A stretch of 64,000 nt of DNA from Blasia pusilla (lineage: Eukaryota), in NCBI GenBank assembly GCA_050084515.1, contig CM114271.1, positions 20,708,001 through 20,772,000 on the forward strand. The letters are read 5' to 3'. Positions 13,351-26,996 of this stretch are shown here, one piece after another. A program made the translations under genes and the position numbers. The notes below the pieces were generated by a model. The model saw only the letters and a program-made list of their open reading frames with translations, searched no databases and was not told where the DNA came from. How positions within the stretch are numbered: the first letter of the stretch is position 1; the number at the start of each line of letters is the position of its first letter.

Positions 13351-15443
13351 CGTTTTTATCGAAGTGCATCTTTGTTTCTACAATCTTGCGTTATTCCCTT
13401 TCCATCTCAGTTCACAACGCCTTCCTTGTTCCCGCTCAATTAGTTCTTGTCCTCAAGCTCTGTTACTCTCAATTTGTAGTCTGCTCGGTCGTAAGGTGTC
13501 GTGGGGATGATAGATCAGCTACTGTCAATTGGTTGCCTTCGTAGCGCTCGGAATCATTCTCGTACGCTACATTCTTGCAATCGTGAAATCACTAGCATCA
13601 GTATGCACCTCGAACGATATGTCGAACTGTGACCACTTCAGCACTAGCTCGTACGATAGGACCTCCTTGACTCGGTTGAACGCCTTATTCACTTTTTGAG
13701 TCTAGGTCATGTTAGCAAACTTTCTGGTCCAATCCGTAAGAGGTCTAACTATTCCCGAAAAGTTTCTCATGTAAGTCCGATAAAGTTGAACTGCTCTGAT
13801 GAACCTCCTCATTCCCTTCACTGTAGAAGGCGGTTTCCACTCAGAAATTTCTTTCACTTTATCCATATCCAAACTAACTCCATCTGCGCTAACCGCATGA
13901 CTGAAGAACATGATCTTGCTTAGCTCAAATTCGCTCTTCTCCACATTTGCATACAACTTGTTCGCCCTGAGTTTCGACAAGACCGCTCTCAAGTATTGAG
14001 CGTGCTTCTCTAGTGACTTCCAATATATAAGTATGTCATCAATTTAAATGATCACATACTCATCCGTCTTCTCATGAAAGATGGATTTCATCAACGTGAT
14101 GAATGTCAAAAGGGCATTCCAGAGACTAAAGGGCATCACTAAAAACTCGGACAAGTCGAGGAACAAGCCATATCTCATCCTACATGCACTCTTCTCCATA
14201 TCCGCTTTGGCGATCCGAATATGGTAATATCGTGACTTCAAGTCAATCCTACTAAAGTACTTAGACCTTGACAGTCTATCAAAGAGATCATCGATCCTCA
14301 GAAGAGGGTACATAATTATTCCTCACCATCACTTTATTCAGTGCATGATAATCAACACAGAATCTCAACTTCTCATCCTTCTTCTTCACAAAGAGAACTG
14401 ACACTCCATAAGATGACTTGCTAGTTATGATGTAATCGTACCCCTTTCTAAGAGCTCACCTAACTGCTTTTTCAAATAAGCAAGCTCCTCCTAATTCGAT
14501 CTATATGGAGCCTTTGAAGGCGGTTGAGATCCGAGTATGACCTATATCTTATGATCAAATGCCCTATGTGGTGGTAATTGAATCGGAAGCTCCTTTGTCA
14601 AGAAATCACCAAATTCCTTTACTACTCTCTTGAGCATTTCAGGGATTCCCCTTGAAGCTGAGTCATGATCTCCATATTTCTCGCTTGGAGCCTCCTCTAT
14701 TTGTCTCATCAAGCAGAGAAACCCATCTTCTAACTCGATCAAACTCCTCCTTGTAATGGCATGCACCAACTCCTTTTTCACAGGAACCTCACGCACTAGC
14801 CTCACCTACAACCTCTTGCCTTTCACTAGAATGCTCAACCTCAATGGTCTTTGATTTAGCTCCACATACCTCAAACGCATCCACAAATGTGTTCCCCAAG
14901 ACTTGGTTGATGCCATCTATCTTGCACATAGTGAAATTCTCATTCAACTCAAATACTCCGCATCCAAAGGTTAGTCCCAAAAGTAACTCTAAAGTCCGGT
15001 GAGACTTGCCTTTGACAAAGCCTACATGAATGGTTTTTTCCACCTTAGTGGTTGACAAACCCAACTCCTTTACAATTCTCGGACTCAAGAAGGAGTGCGA
15101 AGCACCTGTATCAACGAGCAACATCATATCACAATCATATACACAAGATTGGGCGTCCTCTTGGTGACTTGAAGGGACGTTTCCACACCTCCTTAGCAGC
15201 CAGCGCAATCATACTCTAAGTACTAACCATGGTCAAGCATCGGTTTACAATTATCTCTCGGCTTTTGTTGCTTGACTTGCCGCTTCCTTAGCTCTTGGTT
15301 TCCATCAGTAAGCCTTCGTCTATTGAGATCTCCTCCTTGTTTCTTGCATCCCTTCCCGAGTGTCTAGGTCTGACTATTACCTTGAGTTCTCCCCAAGTGT
15401 TCAGTTGCTCCTACGACCTCAAATCCTTGGTCACCAAGGATTA

Positions 15444-15455
15444 GCTATGATACCA
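15444..15455 (-). promoter_or_regulatory. Primer-binding site complementary to initiator tRNA-Met
   Basis: Minus strand TGGTATCATAGC matches the canonical TGGTATCAGAGC at 11 of 12 positions, 2 nt inside the LTR end. Confidence 0.85.
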
Positions 15456-15457
15456 CA

Positions 15458-16487
15458 TGTCATGCACCTATTCCTCTTGAAGATAATTGTTTTGTGTTGC
15501 GGAAGCATACATTCAGTAAGACACGCTCTCATTGCCGATCTACATCCAAACACACTCAGGTTAGTCAGGTCTGAGTCAACCAGCCTTCCAACTGACCAAG
15601 TTCTTAACTCTGTACCTCATCAAGCTCAACCTTCCTTGTTCGTAGCTTCCCAACATGGTCAAGTCTTCCGAGACTTGGTCTCGAGGACTTGGTACAGACT
15701 TTATGGTTAGTCCAAAGACCTAAAACGATGTTCACACGTCTAACAGTCCCAATTGTCCAATGGACATCGCATAAGCCCCAAACCAAGACCCAACTAAATG
15801 ACTTTCATGTTGGAATAAAATAGGGACCTAAAAAATCCACTCTATTGGACTTGGTTCAAGTTTTGAATCCTAACGCTAAAACTCCTGATCCATTCCGTGC
15901 CCTTGCATTGGGTCACCCCATAGCACCCCAAAGTGAGGTTCCAGTCCCAAACACTCTTGGAGACCTTCCCCCTTTACTAGAACTTATGGGGTTCTCCGCC
16001 CGCCCCCTATCCTTGGGTAAAATATGTTCGGGCCGCTCTTTCTGGCCCTCATCCAAACTCCCTGTACAATCATTTATAGGCAGTTTCTCAACCTCTCCTT
16101 ATGCATTTTTGGAGATCTTTGTGCATTGGAACCGGCTTTGCATAAGATTTTTAAGGACTCCTTAGTTGTCTCAAATTCATCTTAGGACTAAAATTTATGG
16201 TCCAAAATACAATCGAAACCCCAAAAGCTAGTCATATTCCATATCGGGTTCTCACTTCTTTGGCAACCACTTTTCCTAGAATTGAATCCTTTCAAGTCTT
16301 GGCTTACGTTTGGTTTAGATTTCCTAGTCGTGACCATAAATGCATGAAACACTCAACTTTGTTCGTGTCTCACCTCTTGTGTCTCTTCCAAAAGACCTCT
16401 CCAACACACAAACTATCATAGCGTACATGAGCCCGCTAGAGTTTTGATGTTAGGTGTGGCGCTTGTTGGGTTGTGAGGGTCGTGATA
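15458..16487 (-). repeat. 5' LTR of the truncated Gypsy element
   Basis: Termini tgtcatgc...cgtgata; homologous to the solo LTR at 28278-29091; adjacent to a PBS. Confidence 0.8.
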
Positions 16488-17379
16488 TTCTACCATCCTT
16501 GGCTTGCATTAATTGACCATGGGACAAATCACGCCAATGCCCAAAATAGGACTCTTGGTTCAGATCAAGTGTGTGTTCAGACTATATTTCGATGTCCGAC
16601 TCTACATACCATTGGTTGATGATTATTAGCCACCATCATTCATCACAATAAAATTTTTTCTATGAAATCTCTATACCATCTGAACTTGCCCTCCAACAAA
16701 GCCTTATTTCCTCTGCAAGTCATGACCAATTTAGTTTAGAATTAAAGACCACACTAATCAAGATGGGGTTGGCCAAGGCTCCCCAACGTATTTCTATATG
16801 TTTTCCGAATCTCAGTATGTGTGACATTCTTCTCATTTGTGTCATGATTTTTACTTACTCTTCCTTTGGCATGTGTTATGTGCATGTCAAATCTCGATCA
16901 TGTATCACTAACTCTCGAGAGACGTCCACTCACTCCAATAAAAAATAGACTCATTCCATTTCAGAGTACGAGGGGACAAGCGAGCATATTGAAGCACCTC
17001 TCTCCAATGTAAGCACAATTTCATTTCGCCATATCTTTCAACATTTGGTTTTTGGTCATGAGAAAGTAAGGCTCTATTGCACTACTATATGTTATATAAG
17101 GAAATTCATGGCTTTAAATTTTGCACTTTTGCAAATATTTTTTGTAGACTTCCTTCTTCATAAAATCCTACAAATCTATGTGATTTCTGCAATTACACTA
17201 AACGCAAGTGGGCACGTACAGAGGCTAAAAAAAAAATTCGAGCCTATCGTGCGGAGAAATTAGCACACCAATTTCATTCATTAAAATATCTCCAACGTAA
17301 GTTCATTCCATTCATTATGATTCACCATGTCAATCTATTGCTCAAGATTTCTAATTTCATGTATGTGGGATTTGTAGAT

Positions 17380-18666
17380 TATCAGTCAATAATGATGGGG
17401 TGCACTTCATCCATGCTACAATGCTCATTACATGGGATGAAGCATTTATGACTCATCATCATGCATTTGAGGCAGAAAAATCATACTTTGCAAGACATTA
17501 TGGGAGCGGTCTCTATTGATCTTTGAAAAATACCATTTCGCAAAAAATTCATGGGATTTGGTGATGATTTTCGTCAAGTCTTGCTTGTGGTTCGTTGTGG
17601 GGACCATCCATAAATCATCCAAGCCATTATAAAGAGGTCATCTCTTTGGTCTTCTATAAAGGTAATGAAGTTAACCGCAAACATGTTAGTTCATAGGTTG
17701 GAGGGTTATACGCGTGCTGAACAACAAGCCTTTGCGGATTGGTTATTGGAGGTGGGAGAGGGTCATGTACCTTTGCATCCTCATTTAGGAGAAGAATTTA
17801 TAAGATTACCATATGAAATAATTACGAGTAATAATAAAATATGTGATCTTATTGATCTTATCCATGGAATTTCTCCTAGCCGATTCCATGACAATGATCA
17901 CATTCTTTTCTTATAGGATATGACTACTTTGACACCGAGAAATAGAGATGTTGATGATTATCATATAAATGTAGACATCATGTCTCAATTTCTTGGGCAA
18001 GTAATTCTTATTCTACATATTTTCCTTAAGAACTTTTTTTTGGAGATTTGGGTACTAATAAATTATTCTTCTTCTAACTATTTCACAATATATTATGTAC
18101 AAGAACATATTTATCTTAGCGTCGACGCTGTTTCAAATGAGGAGGCGAGTCATATATATCCCATTGAATTTCTCAACATATGCTTGCGTTTTGGATAACC
18201 TCCATTGTGACATTGCTTGTGTTCAAAGGTTGGCGCACCATTATGGAACGTGAATGGGTTACAAATACAAGCAAACCTGGAAGCAAACTGGACTAGATTG
18301 ATGATTCGTGGATTAATGCAACATTGAATAGATGATGAAATTATCATGGGGAAGAATACTGAAGATTGTGCTTTTATTCCACATATCCCCTTGATTGCAT
18401 GTGACTTTACTACTTTAGGTTGCTATTTGATTTACATAAGTTTCAATTCTCGATTTGTTATGAGTGTTAATAAATTTGAAGGTTAAACTCTACATAACGG
18501 TGTAGTTTTCTTGCCTACTCCCCTATTCTCTCATGGTTAATTATACATAACATTATCTAGAGTAGGAAAGAGAAATTCCATCCACATAACGATTGGAAAT
18601 GAATAACATTCAAATAAGGGAGGTGATTACACGCGAAATATAGTATAGAAAGAAATCCTTGGTTGA
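17380..18666 (+). pseudogene. Helitron PIF1-family helicase remnant
   Basis: Motifs DEAFM, GDDFRQV, SSLW..LTANM, FADWLLEVGEG, LTPRNRDV, YPIEFLN, KVGAP, FSHG*LYITLSRV and terminal TRNIV*KEIL. Multiple stops and frameshifts; a short intron is likely near 18001-18100. Confidence 0.85.
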
Positions 18667-18693
18667 AATAAACTATTCAAATTTTTTATGCAG

Positions 18694-18868
18694 GTGAAGA
18701 ACTATACAAATCATGATCGGCACTTACTAGTTCTTTGAATAATTCATCCAGTGAAGAACTATACATATCATCATCGGCACTTACTAGTTCTTTGAATAAT
18801 TCATCCAGTGAAGAACTATACATATCATCATCGGTACTTACTAGTTCTTTGAATAATTCATCTAGTGA
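18694..18868. repeat. Three tandem copies of a 57-bp unit
   Basis: Unit gtgaagaactatacatatcatcatcggcacttactagttctttgaataattcatcca; copies are near-identical. Confidence 0.95.
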
Positions 18869-21343
18869 GTTGAACATCACAACCACTCCTATCTTTTAGG
18901 AAGTAGAAGATTAATGCAAGGGGGGTAAGTTATCCATGCTATATTAAGAGAAGACACTTCATTACTTCCATCCAAATCAGCATGGCCCATAGTCCCAACA
19001 TGTGTTTAAAATTTGACATTATACAAGGATCATGTAGAAATGAGAAAAATATAATCAATACACTAAACTTACCAAAATTGAATGCAAGATACCAATCATT
19101 TCAAGATTTGATTTTAAGATGTGAGCCAATATTTTAAGATGATGAGTTAAGTGCTCACATTTTTAAGATGATGAGGGGCAATTGCTTGAGGGTCCCGGGA
19201 GATTTTGTTTTCCCCACTTTATTTTGACATACAATACACGAGGCCAGTTTTCGAATGGAATGTCTCCAAATTATCCAATTTGCTACATCATCCCACCATT
19301 TCAAATTCCCCCTTCCAACACAAAGAAAACCCTAATTTCTTGCCGGGAAACCTCCGACCAACGAAAGCCCCGTTCACAGGTGTCAATTGCGGCAAAAATG
19401 TACGGCAAGGAATGGATTACATCGAGGAGTGATCGCCAAATAAGTTCGAATATCGGGACATCTGCGCAGGCGAGACTCTATTCACCTTTGCGGCCTTGCT
19501 GTGAGGGATACGAGAACTGCCAGCGGAGTATGGAACATCTGCTGCTGCGGCAGCAGGTAGATCTGCTTTGTGCCTCGGGAATGGATCTGCGATAAGGCCA
19601 TATCAACAGCTATGACCAACCGCAACACAAAGCATCACGGGGAAGCTTCCTGAGCAACACCGGATTAACCAGCATCCACCGATGCAGCTTCCGGGAAGTT
19701 GTTGAAGGCTGGTAACCAGTTTCACAGAGTGTTGTCGTAGTCATCATTCCCTTAGCTTGGGCGGTTGTAGATAGGCCCTGTCGTAGTTGACCTATTGTAA
19801 TCCACTAATTGAGGAACAACTGGGGGTTAACTTAGTTTGCGCACTGCGCATTCAAAGTTCAAATCAGACGAGGTTCATTCTCGGGTCTTCCTTCCCTCCC
19901 TAGATGTGCCTGCCGGCGAGTCGACACAGTGAGCCCGTGTGGCAGCATCCGGCATGTGCAAGGTGCCCAGGAAGCTCTGGAGCTATAATCCGAATGCAAG
20001 CGCAAGGATGGTCCGGTGGGAGGACCTCGCACGAGAGTGTTTAATGGGAACACTCTTCCGCGCTTGCTGAAGACAAATCTAACCGCACTTGCGCTGTTCC
20101 GCACGCAAGTCTAGCTGTTTGGCGGCGTCATTATCACCTCTGATCTGGGTTTCCCAGCGTCGAGGTGGCTACAATAACAACCACCGAAAGGTCGTTCTCT
20201 CAATCTTTGCAACTACCTCGCTCGCCGTAGATTAAATTGCTGACTCGGGCTCCCGTGGAAACCGTAGAATCATTGATTCATAATTTGTAAACCCTCAGAA
20301 GAAAAACCCTCGGAATACACGAGCGTCGCGGAAACAAAAAGTTCGAAACCATCGTGGTTCCTGCTAGTCAGGTCAAAATGCGCGTGAAAGGGAGATGAGG
20401 TTAGGAGCTTGACGTGGGAATCCAGTACGCAGTGTTCAGGATATGCTAGAAGGCAGCACTCCAACCTACTCGGGAGAAGCACGCGTGGACAACCTCAGTA
20501 TGGTTAGGATCGCATGGAACTTCGTGGTTCAGATCTCAACAACGATGTCGAACAAATTCAGCGGAAACCCACCGGCCTTTCAGCTCTTTCAACAATTCCG
20601 CGACGGTTCACATTGAATGCAGATCCGTATTGTCCAAATCACTGACATGCGGACTATAACACACGTCTTATCGGCAAACTCCCGAATGCGGCAAGGCTTC
20701 GAACTTTCCTCGCAAACCCATCGTGCACGTCTGCGAGCGAGGTTTACAAATCGAAATCAGAGTAATTACTGGTCGAATTCCAGCTCTTGTCAACTAAGTA
20801 GCCCTGGAATAGCGGGAAAATCAACGACTCGGTGAACGTCAACATTCTGTGCTGGCTGGACGTCATGGAAGAGTGCCTAGCGAGTGTGGCATTCCTGAGT
20901 CCAGGAGCTACCGAACCCACCTAACCTCTTCCAAAGATAGATGATTGGCACCTTCTTAATTTCCGGGAGTGTTCTTTCGTTGGTCTCGTATTTGCTACCC
21001 TGACTTTGACAACGAAGATGATTACTCGAAATAGACGACGTTCCGTCACACTAAGATGGTTGAAACGCTGATGTTAGTACGCTCCACACCACAAGATTCC
21101 CTGGTACCAGCTCGAGAAGGTACTCTGAGCTGTGGGAGTGCCCACTCTGCTGTCTAAGAAGAAAGGGGCAAAGAGGCTAGCATACAAAACATGGTGTGAT
21201 ACATATAGATAGCAGCTGCGACGTAACACACAATTTGCATTGTTCTGCATACGGAGCCAAGCTAGGTAAGTTGGAGGTACAGTTCACCAGCAGCTGGAAG
21301 GACAGGAGAAGCCCAGATGAGAAGATGTCGGTGCTACTCCGCT

Positions 21344-22570
21344 TTAAACTGGCACAAAAGGATTCAGTCCTGGGTGGAAGGCAAACCTCGCCAAGCTTTT
21401 CCTCCGGATGGCCGTTTCAGTGTAGAATGGAGGAGGCGGTAGATTGGTCCATTCCCGCTTGCGCACGTTGAAGGCAATCACTGGGCAGACACTCAGTGTT
21501 TGATCTCCAACGAAGTATATGCAGGAGTCATCACTGGTGCATGAGTCCACCGCAGTTCCGACTACCGATTCTGGAGGACCCCGTGACACTTCTTTCAGGT
21601 TGGAAGAATCAAGGTTCACACTGTACACAAGAATGCTGTCGCTGCCGGTGTGCACCACATCCTTGCTTCCACAGCTGCAGCCATTAGTATCAGGGCCCCC
21701 GCAACGTTCCAGTGCCACCACAAACATCATTTCGGAGTCACATGCAAGAATTTCGTAGAACTTGATGTAATTTTTCATTAGCGGAAACTGGTTGGCGACA
21801 TAGCTCCACTCACATTTTTCCAGACCGTAAGCCACCAGTAACCGAGGAACTCTGCGATCAGAGCCATACAAGATGTACAGGTCTCCGAGGAAGTAGGTAC
21901 TGCTTATGAAAACCAACGTGGTATAAGACACCCTCGGCAGTCGTTTAGTGAACCAGGTACCTAAAATAGAATAGTATATTTCGAGGTATGTCGACGGTCC
22001 CAAACTTTGAGGAAGAATAACAATTCTGTACCCTTCCCTTCCGAAAGGAACAACATGAGCGTCACTGGGAATTCTCTTGTCTGTTCGGGACGGCAACCTC
22101 TTCCAGTTTCTCGTCACTGTGTTTGTAACCATGATGTCATATATCTTAGAACCAGCACTCGTCTCCTGAAGATGGCATACGAGCGACCCAACCCCAAATT
22201 GAATTCGTGGGCCATCACCACTTCTGTAGGAGTCGCTGGAAAATCTCTGCCAGTGTCCACTTTTTTCCAAGCCAATCAACCTTCGCTCGTCACAAAAGAG
22301 CGGACAGTATATGTTCCATTTGTGGGAAACTGACAAAACCTCCAACTGGAAGGAAGAAAGACCCGGAGGAGCTGCGCTGCAAAATTTCGCGGCCCATGCC
22401 TTGCTGAGAGAACGAGCCTTTAACACAAAAGGGAATGGAATCCTCGCAATAATCATCTCCACCAATCCCTCTGGCAGCACTTTGGCTGTGGACTTCAGAT
22501 CTGCGCGGCGGTTCTTTTCACAGTTTCCACAGAGGAAGCTCACGTTCTCCGACAAGCTTCGAGGAATCAC
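21344..22570 (-). CDS. F-box protein with a probable kelch-like/beta-propeller C-terminal domain; true start uncertain
   Basis: 408-codon uninterrupted ORF with F-box motif LPEGLVEMIIARIPFPFVLKARSLSKAW, plus VTNTVTRNWKRLP, EIYYS..TW and a terminal FAFHP motif. No in-frame ATG precedes the F-box. Confidence 0.8.
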   Translation of the reverse strand: MIPRSLSENVSFLCGNCEKNRRADLKSTAKVLPEGLVEMIIARIPFPFVLKARSLSKAWAAKFCSAAPPGLSSFQLEVLSVSHKWNIYCPLFCDERRLIGLEKSGHWQRFSSDSYRSGDGPRIQFGVGSLVCHLQETSAGSKIYDIMVTNTVTRNWKRLPSRTDKRIPSDAHVVPFGREGYRIVILPQSLGPSTYLEIYYSILGTWFTKRLPRVSYTTLVFISSTYFLGDLYILYGSDRRVPRLLVAYGLEKCEWSYVANQFPLMKNYIKFYEILACDSEMMFVVALERCGGPDTNGCSCGSKDVVHTGSDSILVYSVNLDSSNLKEVSRGPPESVVGTAVDSCTSDDSCIYFVGDQTLSVCPVIAFNVRKREWTNLPPPPFYTETAIRRKSLARFAFHPGLNPFVPV

Positions 22571-24240
22571 AAAGTCCCATGGATCTTTCCATCTACATCA
22601 TAATACATGACACGCACGTGAACAGATGATACAGAGCGTTGACCTCGATGATGGCTGCGACGGAGCAAGCTGGCCAACTAAAGGAAAGACTCCATATTCC
22701 TGTGAATAACCAACAAATATGGAACTGTAGAGCTCAACAGTGCCAAAATAAAGAAAGTTTGATCTGAGTAGCACGTAGGAACGCTGGTCCTAGACACTTC
22801 CTCACCGTCTCTCAGCAAGCGACTTTTTCCTTTTTACTTTCTAATTCAGGTGAGATCAAACATGTTGGTGAGTGTGTTGCACTAAAGCTGTGTGTTACGC
22901 ATCAAGACCGTGTGTGAACAGTCTCTCTCAGAATTTCACAATGATGAGGGTAACTTACTCCGAATTACTGCCAAAATTACAGAGCAGGGCTTCAGAGCTG
23001 TTCCAGATGTCCAGTAGCCAATATTCAAGCTTGTGGTCTGAAATGTGCCGAGTATAGAACCCTAGATTTAAAGCCAGAAACTTCGAATTACCAAGCTTTT
23101 GGGAAATTGTGTAGTATGCAACTTCTTGGGTGACAAAGACGCACAGCTCCAACCCTCTCGGCGGTAAGGACTCAAGCTGTAGGAACGTACCTCCTCTCAT
23201 CCACAGCTTTCTTGGCTTCTACTTTCGGCACCCTCCAGTGACACTATCCAACTAGGACACAAGGTCTTTTATTCAAGGTCCTAACCGGAGCTCGAATGAA
23301 CTCTGTCTCATTCTACCTCCCAGCACATGGTACTTCATGTGATCCACCCTTACCCGGGGCACTAAAACCTTCCAACTCAGGCGCCAGGTACAGACACAAT
23401 TCTCGCAATACAGAGCACAGTGTTCGCTTGAACAACTGTGCAAGGGCTGACGGTTTTCATGTCCAGTAGATTCGAATAGCTACGTTTCTAAGCCACTGTA
23501 TGGTTGATGGACTTGAAAACATGTTGAGCACTTACTTCCCAGGACAGTGCTGTCCTGTTAAGGCTCCAAGCATCTCAGGTGATTAGGAATAACTACGAAT
23601 AGAGCGATTACAATCCCCATATCTTCTAGGGTGTCCCAAGGACAAAATTCCCTACATTCGTTCGTTTTGCGCAGTCTTCCACCAGACCTACCCCCGTTAG
23701 ACCTGCAGATTGTTTTAATGATCTCTAGACCTATGACGAGCACTAATTTACGAAAGTAGTCACTCGTGACTAACCAGAAAACTGATTCATTGCACTGACT
23801 AGATGCTCAAACCCGCAGCTTCCAACTGTCTCAAGTTCTAAAACCTCAGTGAGTGAAGATTGTGAATCCCCTTTCTGGCCAAGGCACTGCACTAGAGACG
23901 GGAGAGTGCTAGTGAACTGCTGCCCACAAATCCTCGGTCCTAGTTGGACCCGTGCCATTTGTCGCCGGAGAGACTGAGGATGTGGGCGACCAAAGTAACA
24001 CCACATTGGAACTTTCAGGTTGCGACTTTCGAAATGATGAATTCAAGTCTTTTTAGAGCCTAGAACTCCAAAGACAGGAAAGGAGAAGTCAAACTTTCGG
24101 TAGCTTTGCTGCACATTCCACTCGTCTCGGGAGTGAGGATAGTAGGTGCACTACATTCATTAATCCGTCGAAGAATCCTTCTCTCGTCACCAAATGGCAT
24201 TCAGTTTCCTTTCTCCAGTCCGTCCAACATCTTCCACAAA

Positions 24241-24603
24241 GCCTTTGGGATTTGCGGAGCATTTCAAATACGGAATTCTGGTGCTGAACTAGACACTACT
24301 AGACCTGTCTACATTTATTTGGGCGTTAGCTACATTGTCATAGTCGACGCTTCCTTCAAGTGGCTTGGGATTTGCTGAGCAGTTCAAGTACGGAATTCCG
24401 GTGCTGGACAAGACACTACCTGACCTGTCTCCATTCGTTTAGACGTTAGCAACATTATCGTAGTCGACTCTTCCTTCAACTGCCTTGGTTGGGATTTACG
24501 GAGCAGTTCAAATACGGAATTCTGGTGCTGAACAGAACACTACCCGAGCTGTCTACATTTATTTGCATAGTGCCTACCTTGTTATAATAGGCGCTTCCTT
24601 CAA
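24241..24603. repeat. Three diverged tandem copies of a ~120-bp unit
   Basis: ttgggattt..caaatacggaattctggtgctg..cttccttcaa recurs at 24245, 24365 and 24489. Confidence 0.85.
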
Positions 24604-25295
24604 CTCCATTGCCAACTTGCGTTTCATGGGCGAAATCTCCACTGAAACGTCCACCCACTTCTGCGCAGTTGCATATCCATTCTGCGGTGTTTCTTTCGAT
24701 CTCTGTGGAAAGCTGTGACACACATCAAAAGAGACATTAGAAGCCCAAATTCAACATCCCTTGCCACCAAGAATAACGTTCTCTTTTAAACCTTGGTGGG
24801 TGGGTGGGTGGGGGGGGGGACATGACAGAAATGAACATCGATTCTTGGAGATAGGAATCCCGACGCCAGCTGCGATGAAGATATGGGACAACGCGTCAAG
24901 TACGAATGGTTAGACTAAGCCGAACGCCGGGGGAGAATCAATGTCTGGATTTCCATGTCAACTTTACCGCAAAGCGAGACACATTACCTAAGGAAGCTTG
25001 AATGCCCGGACAGCCTGATTCTCTGATTGTGTGTGGCCTTGATTCAACAAAATGAACCGGTGACACATTTAAGTTACCACACATTTCAAAAGAATACGTA
25101 CAGAGCAACATCAGATGATGATGAATGGAACCTTTCAAGAAATAGTCTCTTACTGGATACTTAGTAGAGGAAAAGGCAAGATGGGGCAACTTCAGAGAAG
25201 ACCATAGATTGTATCTTCGACACACACGGCGATTAGACTGATCAGTTGAACGGCTGAGAACGAAATCCGCTTTTGCCAGATTCGTTGAACGCTAC

Positions 25296-25650
25296 CTACA
25301 TTGCCTGTGTGGACGCTTTCTTCAAGTTCATGGTAAACACGCCATCATCTGCATCTGTATCATCCGTCAATGCCGCGTCTCGTTCTTGAGCGGCTCTTCG
25401 TCTGGTTTGAACCGCCTTTCTCGCTTGCTCTTTCTTCCGCTCTCTTTTCTCGTGAAGCGCCAACCGAGCAATCTCCAACCCTCTCCTCCATTTCTCTCGG
25501 ATGGCTTCTCGCCTCTGTAATTCCTTTCTTCCGAGTCGTGTGACTCCACTCCGCGTGGCAATCTTCACTGTCTCTGGTCTCCCCTGAACCGCTACGCAAG
25601 ATATCGAAGATGCACTTGCCGAATTTTGCCGGATCTCATTCGTTGCCATC
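25296..25650 (-). CDS. Possible exon or small gene encoding a basic, coiled-coil-like protein of unknown function
   Basis: Open frame MATNEIRQ...RREAIREKWRRGLEIARLALHEKRERKKEQARK with protein-like composition and a GT donor-like site at its end. No recognised domain. Confidence 0.3.
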
Positions 25651-26944
25651 TCCTTGGCTCGGGGTACATGGGCAATCTCCCGGATCTTCCTCACGTAGTT
25701 TGGTAATAGGATGGAGATCGTGGAGGTGAGACTAGCTCGGCTGTACAATTCCTGCGTGATTTCGATTCTAGCTCAGACCGAGATACACTAAGCGTCACAG
25801 GAACTGGATGTCAGCTCTGCCAGTAGACTGATCCATGTGAAGCCATTTCACGCTCAATTTGTTGTGGTAAAGTTAATCAAATCCGGTGTTTCGCATCCCT
25901 TCACTTGACCAACGGTATGTTGTCAGGGAAATCCGCCTAACGATACTCACACTGCGGCTCGTAGGCATCAGAAGAGATCATTCATTAGGTGAACTAGTAC
26001 TAGATACCTACGAATTCATTGAAAGCCTTTGATGAAATTAGTGTGCGAAACGATCGAATTTACAAAGCACGGACAAATAGGAAGACACGAGCCTACGAGG
26101 TGGTCACGCTCGTCCGATTTCTCCTTGCGCTTTCCGTGCATTCTACGGTACGAACGAAATACGATTATTATTTCTGGAACATGCAATTAACGGGGCGATT
26201 GTGGGCGCCGGCGGTGCGAGTCGGACCCCGACTGATTTTACCGACCCAAATTCCAATGACGAAATCTACACGTACGAGCTGCCAGATCTTTCGAACTTCC
26301 ACGGTGGCCTTCTTCACGTCCAGCCTACACCCTAGAGATCCCGAGACTTTGAAACCTAGAGTAACACGGGCGTCGTATTTCCTTCCCGACGATCCAGACA
26401 TAGTGTTCAGCGACTTCAGCCGTTGAAAGGCAAAACTCCCGAGGTTACAGCGGCCTCGCGCTTCGATTCCGCATTTGGACGGAAGAACCGATGTACATGT
26501 GCGGCATCGGCACCATGTGACTGCCATCGCAGTGTCGACATTCCCGGCAACGCCAGGTTGCTCTTCAAATCTTTCTTAGCAAAGATCTTTGCCGTTCAGA
26601 TCTTAGATTGTCCCAGTTGCTTCTCCGTTGGCTTCAATTGTTGGGTTTGGAATTGTACTCTCGATGATACATGACTTCTCCAAGTCGGACCATGTTTGTC
26701 TTATGTGAGGCGGGCAATTGCAATTTTTGTTTTGAATTTCCATACTTGTGCAAGCTTAGCAGAGAATCCTCATCCATGACTGGTGTCGGCCGGTCACAGA
26801 GTAAACACAATCGTAGAAACGATCAGCGTGAAGGAAACTCTCGTGGAAACGATCAAGGTTGCCTCGTAGTCACTGCAATTCTAAATGTCACTTTGAATTA
26901 CCCTTACGTTAGGTGTCGATTCTTCGTAATTCATTCAACGGCAT

Positions 26945-26996
26945 CACTCGAAGCGCACAGATAGAAGCACCACTCGAAGCGCACAGATAGAAGCAC
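26945..26996. repeat. Perfect 26-bp tandem duplication
   Basis: cactcgaagcgcacagatagaagcac occurs twice. Confidence 0.9.

Larger units (their letters stand above)
13500..16487 (-). mobile_element. Truncated conventional Ty3/Gypsy (chromovirus-like) retrotransposon: 5' LTR, PBS, gag remnant, protease, RT, start of RNase H
   Basis: Protease LLVDTGASHSF (~15100); RT YPLLRIDDLFDRL..IDLKSRYYHIRI..MPF (14044-14313) and LRANKLYANVEKSEF; RNase H FEVHTDASD (~13590-13617). Many stop codons. Confidence 0.9.

Noticed and set aside
18694-18868. CRISPR-like array
   Set aside because: The units are head-to-tail with no unique spacers, no cas genes are present, and the context is eukaryotic.
20085-20115. 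Inverted repeat followed by CTAG as a Helitron 3' end
   Set aside because: Spacing and loop do not fit the canonical hairpin-gap-CTAG|T pattern.
19182-21200. Several short ORFs between the Helitron remnant and the F-box gene
   Set aside because: No recognisable motifs or consistent exon structure.
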